Shown here in pieces: positions 60,277 to 64,000 of a stretch of DNA of 64,000 bases. The stretch is taken from the NCBI RefSeq assembly GCF_030028105.1, contig NC_092383.1, positions 97,921,604 to 97,985,603 of the forward strand. Reading direction: 5' to 3'. Position 1 is the stretch's first letter. Every line of letters starts with the position of its first letter. A program made the position numbers and the translations under genes. This stretch comes from Mobula birostris. Taxonomy: Eukaryota. The notes beneath the pieces were generated by a model that was given only the letters and a program-made list of their open reading frames with translations, searched no databases and had not been told where the DNA came from.

Positions 60277-63200
60277 CAGTGGCAGTACCAGAGGTTTTTT
60301 CTTGCTGGTGCTACGGAGGGGCTGAACGATTCACTGATGGTGCTGAGGGATGCACTGTATGGTAATATGTATTCGCAAGGCCAGACGCGTGGCGTTAAAA
60401 AGTCAGTTTCAAGCATTATGTGCCTACTATAAATGCCTCTGTTGATTCACAAGCGACAGCAATTGATAGATCTAATATAGAAGTGAACTGTGACAGTGTC
60501 AACAGCATCAGAGACAACCCAGGCTACACAGAGCATAAACAAACAAACCAACAGAGCATCCAACCCATGTGAATCACGCACCAATCCCGAAATCAGCCTC
60601 AAATGCGTGCTTTTCAACTGAAAAACACAAAACGAACCCACTGCTATTCGCATTACATAGACAGCAATGCTAGAAGATACACCGCTGGTAAAGTCAAATA
60701 AGGCAAACAACAGATGCAAGGCTTTACCAGGAGTTGGACAAATCGTACTCTGACCATGCAATACCTCAATTAATTCGGCTATTGAATTTAAACAAAAATC
60801 AGCGGAATCACCGCTTGAATGTCTAAGCAAAACCAGTAGGCTTAATAGCAGTAAGTGTAATATTTTAGGATTTACAGGAAACATAAGGACTATGGGGTAT
60901 CCACCACAAAATAATAACAATAATCAGCATTAGTCTTGGCCCAAATTTTTAAAAATCAACGACACTCACCATTAATGTTTTCAGAGAAGTGAAATCCGTC
61001 TGTTGTTGTGATTGGTGGCGAAAGCATCAATGATTTTCTGGATGTCAAGTGTTTTGGTCCTCCGGCTGCTTATGGCCAACAGAGCCAAGTTGCTGTTCCG
61101 AGCATCGCTGTTGCTGTTCCTTAAGTAGTTTTTGAGGGGACTGGGGCAAGAGAAACTCCGTTTGCATGAGGCAGATGTCACAGGTAGAGTCAGTGATATG
61201 CAGATTAGTTTGTATAAATCTATGAATGCATTGCGGTAGGGTCTCATTAGAGCTAGAAACTCCACTGTGTCATTCACTGTCTGTCCTTGCTTTTGTTTTG
61301 TTTCCAGCAGACGCTGAACCTGATGTAGCTCTGAAGTCAGGTTCACTTCAGTCACTCCATAGTATTGGGCCATTGGCCAAAGACAATTTTTGTCTAGGAA
61401 GGACTTGGGACTCAATGCTGAGACTCCAGTCAGAACATTCCCAGTCTCAACTGAGAACTGTCTTTTCATTTCAGTCAGAAGTCTGTCTATAACTGGATAG
61501 AAACAGTGATTGCGAAGGTCATCAGAGGATGTGACAGGTGTGCGTTCAGTTTGGGACTCAACAACAAAATCATGTAGGTGGCGGGGTGGCTGGGCCTGTC
61601 TCCTTTCATGTGGTCTGCTCTGTATACCGGCCTTGACGCACAGGTCCCTAGATCTTGTCTGAATTTCACTCCATGATTCCTCTCCCCGTTTTGCTGAGAG
61701 TGCATCGATGGCAGACTGAGCCAAGTCCACAGCGGATGAAAGCTCCAAACTGGGAGATTGTAGCTGGTCTGACATGAACTTGGTGACTCGGAATAAATCC
61801 TCAAACAGAGTGAGAAGTAAAGCAAACTGCTCGCCAATCAGTCCATTTACAGCTCTGGTCTCCAGTTTCCTCCGTGCATTTGGTTGACCCATAATATCCT
61901 GTAGTGTAGCTAGAACGGCAGGGAGTGATTTCCTTATAGCCCACAAAGCTGTATACTGCCATGCCCAGCGTGTATCTGACAATTTCTTCAACTCCACGGG
62001 CTGTGCAGTTGATTCCAGTTCTCTCTGTATTTTCATGAAAAGATCGTGGGCAACAGAGTTTGAAAAGAAGTTGTAAAGCAGCTGCACAGTTTCAAAAAAC
62101 TCGCCCGCCCGCTTGTGGTACATTGCTCACAACATCCACTAAAACAAGGTTAAGGCTGTGAGCATGGCAGTGTGTATATAATGCTTGCGGGACCTCTTTC
62201 CTGAACCTCTCTTGTACCCCTTTACTGCACCCGGACATCACTGCCACCCCGTCATAAAACTGACCTATACACATGTTCTAATCAATAACACACTGGGCGA
62301 GTGTCTGTTCAATGCTTTTAAGAAGCGACTCTGCGTCCAACCCTTCTGCTGGAGTGAAATGCAAGAATTCTTCAAGCACTGTTTTGTTATTCAAATACCG
62401 CACCACCACTGATACTTGCTCCTGTTTACTCAAGTCTTTACTTTCATCCATCATGTTGGCAAAATGTCCAGCCTCCTTGATTTCTGCACTTACTTGACAG
62501 CTGACCATATCTGCCACAATACTCATAATTTCATTTTGGATATCGTGATAGGTGTTTTTTCCATTTCCAGGATTGTCCTCTATATTTTTTTTTTGCTACG
62601 GTCTTATCAAACTTCCCAATTACACTGAGCAACTCAACACAGTTTCCCCTATTGCCAGATCCATCATTCTCCCAGTGTCCTTGCTGGGCAATGCCTTGGC
62701 ACACAGTATAGCGTAGAGACTCAACCACTGCTCTCATGTACTCACGATTTTCTTGGACAATCTTTGCATATCCTTTATCAAGCATATTTCCCAATCTTGA
62801 ACCGTCATATTTTCTCAATCTGAATTCGGCCCATGCCTCCATCGCAAACTTATGAGCTGCACTTACATGGTGGGTTTTGAAAGCTGTTGTAGCTTTCCGC
62901 CTGTTGCGGTAATCGGTGACAGTGAAGGTAGACTCAGAATGGAACCCATGTCCTCCACTCAGGAAACGCCTGCATGCAAAGTAGAATGTAACATGTTTTG
63001 TGATTGAATATTCCAGTCAGGAGTACAGGTCAAACCAGCCACGAATAAAACTTCTTTGCTGATTGCCGGACTGTTGCAAAGGGTACTTTTTCAATGCTGG
63101 CCAATGGGGCCCTTCCTCAGGCTGCTGGCTGACATCGCTAACAGTATTCCCACTCGCACCAAGAGCAGCTTCATCCACGTTCTCTTCTGAATCCCGCTCC

Positions 63201-63823
63201 ATTTCTTGTTCCTCTACTTTGCCCTCACACTCCTTCGATGAACTGCTGTCGTCCTCATCCCCACTTACTTCTTTCTGCATGTCACTTTCAATTAAGACAT
63301 GCTCAGGCTGAGACATCACTGATTCCTCTGGATGAGGTCGTTTTCTCACTAAAACTGGATCCATTTTTCACGTCGGCCAAAATAATGCACGTGCTAGGCC
63401 CAAGCTCGCTTGTAAAAGCACAATGTATGCGCGTGTCATCCGTTAGTCTTGCGAGACCACGGATCTGCGCCTGGATGTATACTATCAATCTCTCACATGA
63501 GTGAGAGTGAGTGATATCACCACCTTAAGTGATCTTAGATCAGCTTAACTGATCTGAGGACAGCAACAGCAAGACATTGACAACGAACGAATAAGCAGAA
63601 GTGTGGAGTGGACCTGACAGAGTTTATAACTTTATTGTTGCATGGGTGCTCTGGTAATTGGGGACGCTGTTTCACTAGATCAACTGGAGAAACAAGTTGT
63701 ATTCAAAACTATACAGAGAAAGCAAAGCAGCTGCAGTTAATTTCTTGGTGGTGCTATGGTGGGGCTATTGCAATTTCTGCTGGGGCTATAGCCCCAGCTA
63801 GCACCACCTTAGCACTGCCCCTG
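60277..63823 (-). mobile_element. hAT DNA transposon, copy B, both ends present, 8-bp TSD; transposase frameshifted
   Basis: Termini CAGTGGCAGTAC and (reverse complement) CAGGGGCAGTGC. TSD GTCATCTG (60269-60276) / GTTATCTG (63824-63831). ORFs 63017..63364, 62531..62842, 62278..62526, 62092..62274 and 60981..62123 carry hAT motifs. Confidence 0.95.
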
Positions 63824-64000
63824 GTTATCTGCCCTGTCTCATTTCCTAATAGCAGACTAAGTATCAACAACTCTCGTTGGGACTTCTACACACTGATGAA
63901 GGAACCTTTCCTGAACACATTTGACAAACTCTATCCCATCTCGTCCTTTTACAGTATGGGATTCCCAACCATTATGTGGAAAGTTAAAATCACCTACTAC

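Noticed and set aside
60981-62123. 380-aa ORF as a domesticated ZBED/ZMYM1 host gene
   Set aside because: It lies within TIRs and a TSD, and the upstream part of the transposase is broken by several frameshifts, one shared with copy A.
2881-64000. Start/end duplication as a pure assembly artefact
   Set aside because: The copies differ by many substitutions, small indels and a large deletion, more than expected for sequencing error. A divergent haplotype cannot be excluded without reads.

Overview
Vertebrate genomic DNA, most likely from a cartilaginous fish such as a ray (inferred from the repeat families). The window is repeat-dominated and contains no prokaryotic features or CRISPR array. 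Most of it is decayed retroelements (CR1-like, Rex1/Babar-like, L1-like, Penelope-like, Gypsy) plus two copies of one hAT transposon, minisatellites and a 145-nt N gap. The host-gene content, mostly missed by the ORF track, is a set of + strand exons from a tandemly duplicated Ig-superfamily receptor family (CD2/SLAM/CEACAM-like). It comprises two cysteine-less IgV exons (49993-50313, 53811-54113), an intact transmembrane exon (8173-8343), a frameshifted paralogous TM exon (30193-30331) and two candidate promoter/leader exons (about 16.0-16.3 kb and 33.8-34.0 kb). The start and end of the window are two copies of a segmental duplication offset by about 57.9 kb. Most notable observations: (1) both IgV exons share an in-frame TGA in a TGA-CGG context at the same codon; (2) minimal type I hammerhead ribozyme motifs lie in Penelope-like repeat ends, with an intact-looking core at 33340-33377; (3) a Gypsy pol ends at RNase H with no downstream integrase (Gmr1-like order); (4) a two-LTR element has only 181 bp of internal sequence; (5) an L1-like insertion has a 5' inversion and a 12-bp TSD. 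All coordinates and alignments were made by eye.
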